Of a stretch of DNA of 64,000 bases, positions 1 to 14,100 are shown piece by piece. How positions within the stretch are numbered: the stretch's first letter is position 1; each line of letters begins with the position of its first letter. A program made the position numbers and the translations under genes. The notes under the pieces are model-generated. The model ran no database searches. It had not been told where the DNA came from and saw only the letters and a program-made list of their open reading frames with translations. Source of the DNA: Cycas panzhihuaensis (Eukaryota > Plantae > Cycadophyta); assembly GCA_023213395.1 (NCBI GenBank), contig CM041465.1, positions 68,641,741-68,705,740 on the forward strand, in the 5' to 3' direction.

Positions 1-481
1 AAAGGAGATAAATAGAGTGTTATTATTAACAAATGGATCATTATTTCTTAGCTAAACTCATAACAAACTAAATAAAATACACATTAGAAGCTTTGATACC
101 ATGTCAATTTTATCAACAGGATTATATAACATATGCATTTAAATAAATTAGAAGTAAAAACTAAGATTAAAATAAAATAATAGAGTAAATTGATTACAAG
201 AATATATTATCGGTAAATTGATTACATCATGCATCTAAATTTAAGAAAAGCTTATACACATATTAAAAATCTAATATACAAATAAAAGAATTGTACTTAA
301 ATTATAAGCATGCGATACCTAAACACAAGTGATATAATTAGCTGACTTAGTAACAAGTGGGCATAACAAGCTAAACTATAAATTACATTTTAATTTACAA
401 AGGGGGTTTTATCCTATGATATAAAAGGTACATTGTACATGTAAAATACAATAGAATGAGGTGTCATTAGATGTTCTAACA
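1..481 (-). mobile_element. 5' end of an LTR retrotransposon running off the left edge (LTR ~102-481, PBS 90-101), inserted into the neighbouring Copia pol
   Basis: gctttgatacca at 90-101 is the reverse complement of a degenerate tRNA-Met PBS (TGGTATCAGAGC). It is followed by TG...CA (102-481), after which Copia integrase sequence starts abruptly. Confidence 0.65.
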
Positions 482-2930
482 CTTGTTCATTTCAACTAGG
501 TATATTTATACCACCTGAGTTAGTGTCCACTTCAATCATAATACTTTTACCTTTGTCCTTTTCAACAACTTCCTGTTAATACAATCCATCTCCCTTGAAG
601 ATAATATCCATATTCATAATAATCCTTTTATTCTTTTTATTATATACCTTATAAGACTTTGATGAGTCACTATTTCCTATAAATATACACTTAATACTTT
701 TGTCATTTAATTTTATCCTCCTTTATTCTGAAATATATGCATAAGTTATGCACCCAAAAACTCTTAATTGTTTAATACTTAGTTGTAACATATCTAAGTT
801 TTTTCAAGTGTAACATATCTTACTACTTTAATTATATATTTATTTAATAAATAAATAGTTATATGTATAGCTTCTACCTAATATTCATTATCAAGATGCT
901 TATCCTTAAGCATACTTTTAGTTATTTCAATAATTATCTTGTTCTTTTTTTTTACAACCCCATTTTATTGAAGTGTATAGGGATTTGTGAGGTGTTTCCT
1001 TACCCAAAATATTTGCAATAATTTTTGAATTTATTTGAAATGAATTCTCTCTAATTATCTAATCTTAAGGTTAATATTTTATATCCACTCTATCTTTCAA
1101 CCATATTTTTGAAGCTAATAAAATATTAAAGTGCATCTAACTTGAACTTGAGAAAGTAAGTCCAAGTTATCCTTATAAAATTATCGATGAATGTCATGAA
1201 ATACTTGGTTCCACTAAGTGAAGGCACATCCATTGGTCCAAATAAATCTACGTATATGAGTTGAAGAGTCCCATATACCATATAACTCTTATTAGGGAAT
1301 CCTTCCCTCTATTGTTTACTTAGTATACACCCTTCACACACTTCCTTGCTATGTTTAATATTAGGTAGACCTATTACCATTTCTATATTCTTTATTAATG
1401 CCAAATTATTATAGTTCACATGGCCAAATCTTTTATGTCATGTTTAAGTATCCATATTAGTTAAAGCCTTCAAGGTATAATAATTAGTTAGGGAAATGAC
1501 TAGTTTAAACAACTTATCACTAGTCATTTATCGCTTAGCAACTATTGCTTTGTTCCTTAGCTTATCCTTAATGGTGCACTCTCAATTGTCAAAGATTATT
1601 TTATGCTTCTTTTCTAGTATTTATCCCACTAATAGTAAATTTTTCTTAAGTGTCGAGATATGAAATATATCATTAATACACCTTATTCCTCTAAAGTTTA
1701 TTTTTATGATCGCATTCTCTTTGTTAACTATAACTTAAGTGGTATTGTCTCCAAGTATGATTTTGCTCTTTTTAACTCCTTGAACCATTCTTCCCTATGT
1801 AGCATATGGGTAGAACATCTTGAGTCAATATACCAATAATCTTCTTCTTCATTTACCATCAAACTTGATAAAAAGAGTCACTCATTTTTTCTTTCATTAA
1901 GTGTTATATTAGTTGTTCCTCTTTGTAAGTTGGGCCTTTTTGTGAAATAATTTTCTTCTAAGTGTCCACTTCTATGGCAATAGGAACACTGCATTGTCCC
2001 TCTACCTTTAGGACTTCTTTCTCTTTGTCATTGGTTCCTACATTTTGAACTTTATCATGTACCTCTTTCTTAAGGCCCAAAATTTTGTCCTTGACCTTGA
2101 TTAAATCGACCTTAAAAATAATGTCTTTATCCTTGACCTTGAAATTGATTTTGACCTTGATGAAAAATACGTTGACTTTGATAATATTATCCTTTCCCTT
2201 AATAAGCTTGAACTTGTCTTTGATAAAATTGATTTTGATTCCTAAGGTTTTAACCTCTTTCTCTAGGAAGTTATCCTCTTTCCCTAGCACTTTGGCCTTA
2301 AAAGATAGGCATATTCTTTGCCTTAGTGGCAAATGCATATTCTAAAAATTCACTAACCCCATTTTTCTCTTCAACAATAAGTAACATTACACTTAATTAA
2401 TTAATTATGATGGTAGTTAGGTCTTTGGAGACCTCAATACTTGTTATAACCATTTTAAACCTTGTAATATCATTAATACATCTTAAGATCTTCTCTACCA
2501 CTCTTTATTCAATAATGACTTCTCTTGAGGCCCTTATTTGATTAACTAGGCCTTGTATTTTTGTTATAAAATTATTTATTCCTTCATTGTTATTCATCTT
2601 ATAGTTTTTAAACCTTCTCCTCAATGTTCAGAGTTTAAATACAATAGCTCCTTTGTAGGTGGTCTTTAATGCATCCCATGCTTCCTTTGATGTAGTTACT
2701 TTACTAACCCTTGAAAAAATGTGATCCTCCAATACATAGAAGATGAATGCTAAGTCTTCATAATCTCACTTTTTATTTTCCTTATAGGTATTATTTTGGT
2801 CTTCAGTAGCATTAGCATCAAGTGGTATATAACTTACTTTAAGTAAATCCCATATATCCTTTAAGACAGAGACAGGTTTCATTCTTTGACTCAAATTCAA
2901 AAAGCTATTACTATCAAAATTTGAAACCAT
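482..2930 (-). pseudogene. Copia gag-pol remnant (gag, protease, integrase)
   Basis: MVSNFDSNSFLNLSQRMKP...DIWDLL start, QGQNQFQGQG low-complexity linker, integrase core; closely resembles the gag starting at 11132. Confidence 0.85.
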
Positions 2931-4252
2931 TACATTACTTATTTTTTAGGTTATAATGAAGAGATTATCTTTAAAAATAATCATTTTAAAAAAGTAAAGT
3001 ATTTGAATGAAATTACTGAAATGCACTTGAATAAGGCAATAAAGGCACTCAAAAACATAAGAAAAACTTGTTTCCTTTCAACTTCAAGACATGTAAAAGT
3101 GTCCTAATTGGGACTTAACCTCTTCCAAAGTAAAATTTTTGTATTAATAATGACTACAAGCTAAAGTTTTGATATATTTATTAAAGGGTCAACTCGCAGG
3201 AAGCCCACAAACTAACATCAACTTTGACTATGAAAATATTATATTAAATAACTTCAAAAGTCCTTAAGAGATTATTCACTCAATAAAGCATCAAAATATG
3301 AATCCAATATCTCAAATAACACCTAATTATGACTTTTTATGACCAAATTATACATTAACAAGTACAAGGTTAAAAGGGATGAAGAACCCTTTAGTACATG
3401 AACCATAAAGAATATTTTCATCAACTTTTAGTCATTAAAAAAGATGTCAAATAAAGACCCAACATAGTTATATGACCAGTTATTTCATTTGGGTGAAAAT
3501 TTAGAATACTTAGGAGTTGGTAGATATGAAAATAGGCTCTATTGGTGGCATATATCTTTGTTGGAGCAGAAATGGGTGTTTGATTTGAAATAACATCCTT
3601 GAAAAATAGATTTACCTATTTAAAAATTGTCCTTCTAGCCATTTAACTCTACTATGTGACCTACAAGTTACAAGACATGAGGGCTATAAGATGACAAAAA
3701 TTAGCTAATTATTTTAAACAAATGTGTATATGTTAATATCAATCACATAAATGACTACTTTAAACAAAGGTGTATACCAATAACCTTGTAGTACATATTA
3801 AAGAATCAAGTTAGGGACAAATGGCATGTGGGCAATAAAATACAATTGCTAAGATTAAAATAGATGCCAATGATCATTTATAAGATAACAGACATGTCAA
3901 GGAAACTAAAATGCAAATTTAATTATATAAATTTGTTTAAGGAGAAGACTTATGTATGGTTCGTTAATTAGGTGAATGAGGCATAAACGAGCATTGAACT
4001 AACTACATATGATGCAAGTATTAAGGAAATAATTCTTTTGCAGTCTACCCATATAAAGAAGGAAAAGGCTATGAAATATTAAAAAAACATGTAATGATAT
4101 TTCTTCAATGGCTACCAATATTAGAGATGCTAACATTCCCACCATCACATCCACTCATAGAGTTATGGAAGCATGGTATGGAAAGATCATAAAATTGTAC
4201 TAGTGTAGTTAGGTATGGACTATGAAGAAGATCATGTAGTTTTAACTCTATC

Positions 4253-4535
4253 ATGGCAGTTGACAAAAAACAAGAGTATCTCAAAGGATAAGAAGAGAGG
4301 CAAAAAAGAAAGTTATGGATCCATTTTCAAGAAGGTTTGGTATGATGTTTAAGCACTTTTAATGCTTAACACAAGGACAATTAGAAAGACCCTAGTTATC
4401 CAAACACAGCGTACTAAGATTGCTTTTGAGGGCCTTAAGCACTGTGTATTTGAGTTATTTCTAGCTAATCTACATACTAATAAAGATCAAACTTATAAAA
4501 GAACTAAGCTTCATGTAGAAGATGTTTAGGGAAGA
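4253..4535 (+). pseudogene. RPS3A: Captured 40S ribosomal protein S3a (eS1) N-terminal fragment, uninterrupted
   Basis: Translates with frameshifts as MAVDKNKSISKDKKRGKKKVMDPF.KKVWYDV*A...TRTIRKTLVIQTQRTKIAFEGLKHCVFELFLANL...EDV*GR, matching plant MAVGKNKRISKGKKGGKKK..DPF.KKDWYD.KAP...GKTLV.[24 protein letters not shown]...EDVQG. Confidence 0.9.
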
Positions 4536-5496
4536 TTATTCATGAAGCAGACCACACTATTAGAGTCTTATTTTGGCAGTAGGTATTTATAAAAAAGGAG
4601 ATGGCAGTAGATATTTTTATTATGATATTGTAGTACTTTATGATAATACCAAATCTTAGTTGTAGGAGGTCCATAATAAAACCAAAAATTCCATGGGCTT
4701 GGGCATGAGGCATAGCAATGCGATAACTAAAGACACAGGTTGACGCTTCAAACCGGTCATAAAATGCATCCAACGGAATACTCTTTAATGAGTAGGGACA
4801 TAATTATATATTATTCAGTGAATGATAGACGTGACTAATCTAGACTAAATGATAAGTAGAGTTAGTGGAGATAGAATATAAAAATAGGGACCTCTCCCAA
4901 ATAGAGACCAAATAGATATGAATAGATGATTGACAACCTTCTCTCTAAATGAGAGAACATAGATGCCCAATATAAATCGATCCTACAGTTTGGTTAAAGT
5001 CTCATAATCTAATCTAACAACATTAAAATAGGGATAAATAACATAGAAAGATAGATAAGGATTTTCTTTACCTCTTCAGATAGATGTAATGATAATATGT
5101 TCACCTTACAAACTTAATTCTTCTAAGTTGATTGGAGGGAAAATAGAAGTTGATGAATGTACAATAGGATGATGAGGATCAACCTAAAGCTCTAATACCA
5201 AATGATGGAATTAAAGGACAAAGAGAACAAAAAAAGAGAAATAGAATGTATACAAGAGGGGACAACCATCAATCTATGAGGATGATGGTATTAATGAACA
5301 TCAAGGTCTTCAGATCCCATGAATAAATAGATAGAACTGAGAGGATTTAGCACACCTCTTAAGGTCTACTACAGTCTGGCATTAACAAACACCTGGTATA
5401 GTGCCACTAAGATATCTCCACTAATTTAGGTTATTACCCCAATGTGGGTAATCTCCCTAAGTAGGTAATCGCCCTAATATTAGTATTATTCCAACA

Positions 5497-7145
5497 AAAT
5501 AGAGTGATAAAATGAGGATATAAATGAGGATTTATACTAAATGTATCTACAAAATTAAAAATTGGCATCATATCATACTACTTAATTCCATTGATTACAT
5601 AATAAATGGTAGTCCAATGAAGTTTGTGGAAGGTCACCCAAATTTATTAACGTTTTTCATCGATCTATCTCTGTAACTCATCAATAAATAGGTCTACATT
5701 ATGACATCTGCTTTGCAACATACCATGTGTCTACGAAGTCTCTCTAGTAATAAATTTGTAAAAATAAAATCCACTAATAATTTACACACTTAGCCATATT
5801 GGTTCAAGCTACTCACAAAAATCACTTTTGAGGTTAGATAGTATATCAAGATTGTAAGGGTTTAGTAGCACCAACTACTCCATTATGAACTCTACATCTC
5901 ACTCTTCAGTAATTCATTACACTATCTAATCATCAATCTTCCTATCCTATATTACTCTAGCCTTGCCTTCCATAAATAACTAAACACTAGAAACACTAGT
6001 TGAAATACTTGTAGGAGATGATGGAGAAGAGCTAGGTCCACCTCCTCAAAAATACCTAGATATAATCAATGAGGGGAAAGATTAAAGATAATGTGGGGGG
6101 GTTGTTATTTATGATTGAGCTAAAGCTAATGAGTTGTGCAAAATTATAATCTAAGATTATCATATGAATAAAATTAGTTTATAAAGTATAGAAATAAATT
6201 TAATTAACTCATGGAGACATAAAGAAAATCTTATGAAGTGAACGATAGAGAGACTTGTGGGTTAGCCTCTGGATTAAATCTTGAGGACATCATGAATCGT
6301 GTAATTAGGCAAGAGGTATTATAGTAACATCTTAAAAGGCTTCTCCAAGCCATCAAGGACTTTCTCAATTGGTAAAGGTCGATTTCTTAGTTACACTTAT
6401 AAAGCTTCAGTACCACATATTGCTCCTTGAAGTACAAGAGTTTTGACTTCAAGGAAACCATTCTCTCCTATATCTTTATATATCTTAAAAATTATCTTTG
6501 CTCTTGAGCAAAAAATATCTTCTACCTTAGGGTTTACAATCATATCTACATATCATTAGCGATATCACTTCTTAACATCTATCAACCCATAATATTTATC
6601 AGATAAAGGAAGTAAAGGCTTTGTAAGCATTGAAACCTCCTTTACATATGTAAATTAGATCTCAAGATATTTGATCTTGAGTGCAAGAAAATCTAGTACA
6701 AGCCTAACTTATAACCATGATATTGATGTTGCAAAGGAAATGCTTATAGATAAAGTTAAATGGATTTTTTCATAGTTGAAGGAGGAGGGATTGCAACTTT
6801 GATACCAAGTGACCAAAGTGGAATTCATACCAACTTACTCATAGGATCCAATCACAGAAAGTATACAAGAAAAGTAACTAACAAAGATGAGGGTGTTAAA
6901 TTACTTAGGCCTCCACAATCAATATCTATTCATTCATCACACTATTACATTATATTAAGTTATCCCCTCATATATACAAAAATAAATAGTTACGAGAGAG
7001 ATAAGAGAATGTAAAGGGTTGATCATGTAAGGTTATATTTAAGACCTTGCATGATCAATGTACATGTGCATTACATTGAGGTATGAGCAAATATGACCCC
7101 ATGAATATTAGGTTGACCACTTCAAGTTGTAACTAACCATTAACA
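5497..7145 (-). mobile_element. 5' part of an older LTR element (5' LTR ~6810-7145, PBS 6796-6807) interrupted by the Copia to its left
   Basis: actttgatacca (reverse PBS) followed by TG...attaaCA. The partner LTR is not in the window. Confidence 0.55.
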
Positions 7146-7711
7146 TAACAATAAAACATTTACAATATACTTTATCATATCAAGTTAATAAAGTAATTAA
7201 TATAACTCTAATATTTATAGATATATAATACATTATAAATGACTAAAGGTGAATTAATGAAGCATCATTAATTCTTCTATTAAAATTTTATTTAAAACTT
7301 GAAATGAGCAAGCTTATAAAGCATGTAATTCTACCAACATAACTATGTAAAAAGTGTTAAATCTTATAGAAAAAAAGACAGTATTTCTTAATTCAAATAG
7401 GACAAGTTAAAAGTCTAAATGCAAACTTATTTTTAACTTTAAAGATTGAAAACCCCATATATCATTGTAGAAATCACATTAGAAGATAACCAAATAAACA
7501 ACCATTAGCTCAATTAATTCTTGCAACCACCAAGTTAGGAAACCCCAATGATATATGAAATTAAATTAAGATGAAAATTTGACTTTGAAACCCTGCAAAA
7601 TAAGTACTAGATATAAAAGATCAAAGAAAACTAAATGAAATAAATGAAACCTACATCAATTATACCTAAATCAAACATTAGACTTATAAGCACCAAATTA
7701 GACTTATAACA

Positions 7712-7876
7712 TTTTTTTTTTTTTTTTTGACAATATGTTCTAAGTCGACAGAATTGGATCCCTATTTATTAGGGTTTATCACCCTTTTATTTAGTTCTTC
7801 CTTATAACCCTCCATTGGAGTTGAACCTAGGATTTCCAAAACCATATGATAAATACTTATTAGTACACCCTAGTGC
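7712..7876 (-). mobile_element. tRNA-derived SINE (~165 bp)
   Basis: T17 at 7712-7728 (polyA on minus), B-box GGTTCAACTCC (7817-7827 minus), 13-bp TSD tagacttataaca (7699-7711) / tagacctataaca (7877-7889). Confidence 0.85.
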
Positions 7877-8909
7877 TAGACCTATAACAAACAATGAAAA
7901 AGAATAAACTTGCACCCAACTAAGTTAAAGCCAGTAAACAATATATAAAACCAAAAACACTCAAACCTATAATCACAAAGGTTAAGAAATTAACTAAAAC
8001 CCTATAATATATGGCAATGCATGGAAATCAAATAATAAAACATAAATGCTCATAAGCAAATCCAAAAAAATATAAGTAAATTATTAATAATACTACAAGA
8101 TGTTGGGATAATTCCCAATTAATTAATGCAAGTGTGTACCTAGGGCCCTTCAATACCACCTTGGGCCTCCCCAGGACATCTCAGGCTACCTAATATCATT
8201 GAGTAGCTACTAGTAACTATCAAAGGAACCAACATAACTACCACAGTTAAGTATTTAATTAATTATTTAATATTTTAATTTTTTTTAAATTTTAAATATT
8301 GTCAGGTAGAGGCGCTTGTTGCCTCCCTAAATTTCTCTATTTATAGGTGGGAAATACCTCCCTGGTGTTTTTTAACACCACCAGTCTTATTTTAGAAATT
8401 ATTTATACTTTGAAATAATGTATTCTCACATGTAATCCTCTAGCTCTATATCTCAAGGCCAACATTTGGTATTAGAGCTAATCTTGGTGTATAGCTTCTA
8501 GCTTCTCATATGCTCAGTGAAAGTGCAGCATATGACTTCTTATTAGATTCCTGACAAACTCATCTACTCATTAGAAAAATCAGTTTGGAATTTCATCCCC
8601 TCTAGAAAGAGATATAACTCCTGGAAGACACATGTCTCAAGTTTATACAAAACACGCCAAGCATTGTTGGTATATTTGATTTATCATTCAATAATTTATA
8701 CTCAATTTTATAAGATTCATTTATCTCAAAGATTGCCAATCATTCATCCATATATATCGCATCTTTAATTAAGTAAGATCATTTCCATTAAACCATCAAG
8801 AGATCATCACTAGTCCTAAGGGAGACTTCCTTGTGATTGTACAGGCTGAGGACTATCAAGTCCAATAAATGAATTCCTCTATCATCATAATCAAGTATCC
8901 CATGTGATT

Positions 8910-8984
8910 ATCTTCAAAGAGTTAGTCCATTGCATCCATCATCTAGCACATAGACCTCATTTCAGTAAACAGATCCCATAGACC
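8910..8984 (-). pseudogene. Captured fragment of a plastid-type small heat-shock protein (Hsp21-like Met-rich motif)
   Basis: Minus strand reads GLWDLFTEMRSMC*MMDAMD*LFED versus plastid sHSP GL.DP.SPMRTMRQMLDTMDR.FED. Stops fit deamination of Q/R codons. Confidence 0.7.
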
Positions 8985-9590
8985 ATTTTTGTCGCCTTAA
9001 TATTTATGGGTTGTGTGTACTCTTTAATGGTTGTGATCTTTGCATCTATGTCTTAGCCAGATTCATCTCAGCATCCTCTCTATGTGGCTAAGACTATGTG
9101 GTATATGTAGCTATCTCTAATTTTTGCCTGCATTCTTTGTGCATCTGTGATCCCAAAACATCTTAGTTAGTGAAGAAGTCAATTATCAACCTTTTCTCCT
9201 TGAGATCCTGGAAGTTAGTGTAGAAATCTCAATAACTTCAAAACAACAATGAGCCCACGAAAGGAAATTCTACACCAAATCATTTATTCTTGACATTGAT
9301 CCAAAAGTATGAGGAGTAGTACTTTTATTAAACTATGAAAATCTCCATTTAATGGTGGAGAAATTAACTAGTAAAAGAATGGTAAAATTACAAGGAATAA
9401 ATGATACAATTATACCATAAGGGGGACTCCAACCCTCCAAAATGCTTCTCCAAGGATGCTTCCAAAGTCAAGTCTCCAAGAACCACCTCTCCAACCTGTA
9501 GGGCTTAATTTATAGAAAGAAACCAAAATTTCATGTTTAACAAGTGGCAATCATGTAAGTATAACTACTAACCACCAGAATGCATGTTGT

Positions 9591-9923
9591 CCAAGTGGCC
9601 TTCATGCAATTCTTAAAAAGTTGTAGCTTGTAACTAATCTTAATGGACTCTAATTTAGCTCAAATCTGGTACACATATAGGAAAACATGTCCCCTCCGCT
9701 TCCTCAAAATTTTAGCTCATTTGGATGTCATTTTACTACATTTTTATTCATTTAATGATAATATGTATTTGTTGTTTTTCTGCTATCCAAGTGGCCTTCA
9801 TGTAACTCTTAAAAATTGTAGCTTGTAACTGACCTTAACGGACTCCAATTTAGCTCAAATTTGGTAAACATATATAAACACATGTTTCCTCTGCTTCCTC
9901 AAAATTTTAACACATTTGGATGT
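9591..9923. repeat. Direct tandem duplication, period ~196 bp
   Basis: ccaagtggccttcatg...aaaaatt/gttgtagcttgtaact...cttcctcaaaatttta..catttggatgt at 9591 and 9787. Confidence 0.85.
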
Positions 9924-11131
9924 ACCTTGGTTTTATTTTATTCCTTGCATTATCAATCAAATATAAATTATTTCTTAGAACTTTTGATTACTTTAAGCAT
10001 AGTTTCTTTTAAAAAATGACAAGTTTATATAGTTGTTTTTGTTCTTATAAAGGAAATCTTTAGCACTCAAATTCCAATATCATTATCTTGCATATTAGTT
10101 AATAAGTTATTTTATTCTTTATTAAAGGATTTAGTATTTTTCATCTTGAAATTTATAAAAACATTGATTAGTTATTTACTTCAAAAGTTCAATCCAATAT
10201 TCTGAAAGTTAAATGACATTCAAGTATTAAGGATTTCTTTGTTACATTGCATCATAATTAAAAAGAGCATATAGCTTCTTATTTTTCCTATAAAAGTATA
10301 TCAATTTAAAAGCATTAGATTGTATATTAGTATTTGTTTCTTAGTCCATTCAAGAAAGAAGAGCATCTTGATTTTTTTTACTTGCTTTTATTATGATTTG
10401 ATATAAAAGTTTTGTATCACATTTTCATTTGAGATATATATTTTATCTTACCTAAAGATTTATTTCGATTCATTGTCATTTCTTAAATAAAAGGAATCCT
10501 AGAGAGATTAAGAAAAACCATATTCAATTAAAATTTACTTTTACATTAAGAAAGATAATTTATGAATTAACCACATCTTTTCTAGCCTTGCAAGGGGAGA
10601 AGTCGGGACCCCTAAAGTTACCACCACACACATGTCAATTAGCCTACTCATATTAGATGAGGAAAGACATTGGATATAAGGTGTATTACGTGGTAGGATG
10701 AGGTGGAGAACTAGTCTTTATTAAAGTTTAAAGACCAAGATTAGACGTGGAGAGGGTGAGTGCCTTAGTTAGTTAAACCTTCATCACTAGATCTGTCGCT
10801 AGGCATAAGCCTGGTGCAAGTAGACTAACAATTCAAGGGGGTGTACCAACCTTTATAATAGCCTACATATTGGAGTATATCAAGCCTTGAGCTCACATAC
10901 TGGTATACTGGGTCCCTATTTTTCCACTTGTGGGTAGGTGCCACTAAACATAATAGAAACCAAAGGTTTCCCTTAGAGACCCTTGTACTTAGAGCGTATA
11001 AGCCTTATTAAGGACTAGGATACTTGTAAAACCTTAGGAAAAACTTTGAACATTACTTCTTAGGTTAATTTTCAAAATCAAACCTTTGAAAACCTTACCT
11101 TATCTATAGTTTTTAAAACCTTTGCTAAGAG

Positions 11132-14100
11132 ATGGCATCAAATTTTGAAAACATGATAATCCCTAAATTTGATGGTAATAATTTTCTAAACTGGAGTAGG
11201 AAGATGAGACCCATCCTCATTACTAATGATATATGAGAGATTGTAAAAATAGGCTATAGTGAATTAGGATAGAATGCCACCAACATTAAAAAGGTAACAT
11301 ATAAAGGAAATGTAAAAAAGATAATAAAGCTCTTACCCTTATATTTTATACATTAGAAGACCATATTTTTTCATGAGTTAGTGAATCAACTAAGTTAAAA
11401 GAAGCATGGGATATCCTCCAGTTAATTTATGAAGGAGCTACATCATCTAAGATTCAAAACTTAAGGAGCAAGTTTGAAAACTTATAAATGATGCTAATAA
11501 AATTTATAACAGAATTCATGATTAAAGTCTAAGATATAGTAAACCAGATGAGATCACTTGGAGATAGATTAACAAAGCAAAGAGTAGCGGAAAGAATATT
11601 AAGGTATGTAGTTGATGTAAAAAGGTTTGAAATAGTAGCAATAAGTATAGGGGTTTCTAAAGATCTAAGCACACTAAAGGTGAAACAACTAAGTGTCATG
11701 TTGATGTCAGTTGAGAAGCAACAAAATATAAACAAATCGCTTGAGCATGCCTTTGCTACCAAGGCCAGAATTTAATCTCACTCTCAAGTAGGTATATCAA
11801 AATCTAGAGAATCACCTCCCAAGAGAAGGGATAGGAATCCTAGAAGGGATTTACAACAAGATCCACCTAAATATCAAGCTCCACATCAAAGGAGATAAGG
11901 AGCAAACCAATGAAATGTGAATCCTCCTAGGTATCTAAATCAGGAGAAATAACCAAAGGGACACTCATATTGCCCCAATTTCCAAGGAAATGTCCAAGCT
12001 ATAAGATCAAATCAGGATTATTGTGATAATAGACAAAGGGAAAATCTAGTTCCACATTATGAGGAAAGGGGAAGACCATCCCACATTGAAAGAACTCATC
12101 CACGAAGTCAAAGTCTAAGTTATGGGAGAAGAGAGACCCTATATTGCTCCTATTATCATCATAGTGGTCACACAGAAGATAAATATTTTTTAAAATATGG
12201 ACCACCCACCAAAGGAAGTGTAAATACTATAATAGAGACAAGGGATAATAATAGACTATTCCTATCTAGTTATAGAACTAAAGAAAAAGAAGATGATAGT
12301 TGGTACATTGACTTGAGTTACTCCACCCACATAACTCATAAAGAACATATATTTCATACCTTAGACAAAAGCAAAAGAAGTTCAATAATATTTAGAGATG
12401 ATACATCCCATGAATCAGTTGGTAGAGGTAACATAGCTCTCATGATAGATATAGGAGAGTATTTATACCTCGATGATGTATTCTATATTCCTACATTAAA
12501 GAAAAATCTATTATCAGTAGGGTAGATGATGGGTCAGGATTATAAGATCATCTTTGACAATGGCAACCATACGATTAAGGATAAGAAGAGAAACAAGACA
12601 ATTATTACAAAAGATAGAATGACAAAAGATAGGTTGTTTAAACTTCTCCTTATTCCATCAGATATCTATGTATTAAGAACTATAATTAAATTAGATAGTG
12701 ACTTATGGCATAGGAGATTTGGACACCTTAACTATAGTAGTTTGGCCCTAATGAAAAGAATGGACATGGTTAATGGTTTTCCTAATATTAAAGTGGATAA
12801 AACCATATGTAAGGGATGCCTACTTGGTAAACAACATAGGTAAATCTTTCCAGATTTTAGTTATCAAGCAATTAGTCCACTATATCTAGTCTATACAGAT
12901 ATCTATAATCCTATGGATGTACCCTCATTAGCAGGTGCACACTATTTTATTACATTCATTGATGACTACACTAGAAAGATGTGGGTATTCTTCCTTAAAT
13001 TTAAATCATATGCTTTTCAACACTTTGTTAACTTCAAAACCTTTGTGAAGTGACAAAGTGGCCATAAACTTCTCTCTCTAAGATCTGGCAATCGGGGAGA
13101 ATTTATCTCTAATGAATTTAAGGTATATTATATATATCATGGGATTAGAAGGCATCTCCCCAATCCCTACACCCAAAAAAAGAAATGATATAGCAGAAAG
13201 GAAAAATCACACCATTATCGAAATGGTAAGGTGCATATTGAAGGATAAAAACTTAGGTCATGAGTTTTGGGCAAGCAGTCCATACATCTATTTACCTCCT
13301 CAATAGATGCTCCACTAAATCCTTAAGATGGAAGATACCTAAAAAAAGCTTAAACAGGCTATAAGCCAAATATACATCACTTAAGAGTCTTTGGATGCCT
13401 AACTTATACACATATTCCTAACTAAAGGAGATCTAAGTTGGATGACCACAGTATCAAGTGCATATTTCTTGGCTATATTAAAACTTCTAAATCATACAAA
13501 GCCTATGATCCTAAGTTAAAGAGGGTCATGTTGAGTAGAGATGTAAAGTTTCAAAAAGATGCTTGTTATCATGATACTCAAGAAAAGAAGAAAGAGGTAA
13601 TAATCAATTTTGGTAAGTCCACCAAGTCAAAGTATATGCCTCATATGTTTGACTCTAGATGAGTTATCAATAAACTAAGTGGGGAGGGAACCTCCTTTCA
13701 ACCTCCACCACAAAATATTCCAAAATGGGTTCAAAGGAATTATGATGTAGGTAACATTTTGGATAACAATCGAAGATCCACTCACTCACATAGGGTAAAC
13801 TTTACCCTCCTGAGAAAAGTTTTAGAGTCACATGAGCCTCAAACTTTAGATGAGGTTAATACACATGCTTCTTAGGGAAAGGCGATGGAAGACGAATACC
13901 ATTCCATTATTAAAAATGACACTTGAATTAGTTAACTTAACTCCAAATAAAAGAGCAATTAGTATTAAGTGGATCTATAAAACCAAGTTCTGCTCTAATA
14001 GATCAATTAATAAATACAAAGCTAGATCGGTCACCAAAGGTTATGCCTAGAAAGAAGGCATTGATTACAATGAAACATTTACTAATATTACTTGAATAGA

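Larger units (their letters stand above)
482..5496 (-). mobile_element. Degenerate Ty1/Copia element, 5' part (5' LTR 5203-5496, PBS 5189-5200, long leader, gag to integrase)
   Basis: PBS gctctaatacca next to TG...ccaaCA. The minus strand encodes gag, protease (WYIDSRCS), GAG-pre-integrase and integrase (TFIDNF..ITWTYFL) with many stops. Confidence 0.85.

Noticed and set aside
1958-2345. ORFs 1958-2338 and 2085-2345 as novel proteins
   Set aside because: Off-frame and antisense readings of the repetitive Q/G-rich gag linker.
6420-6476. MAP65-like RKPFSPIS motif
   Set aside because: An eight-residue resemblance is insufficient.
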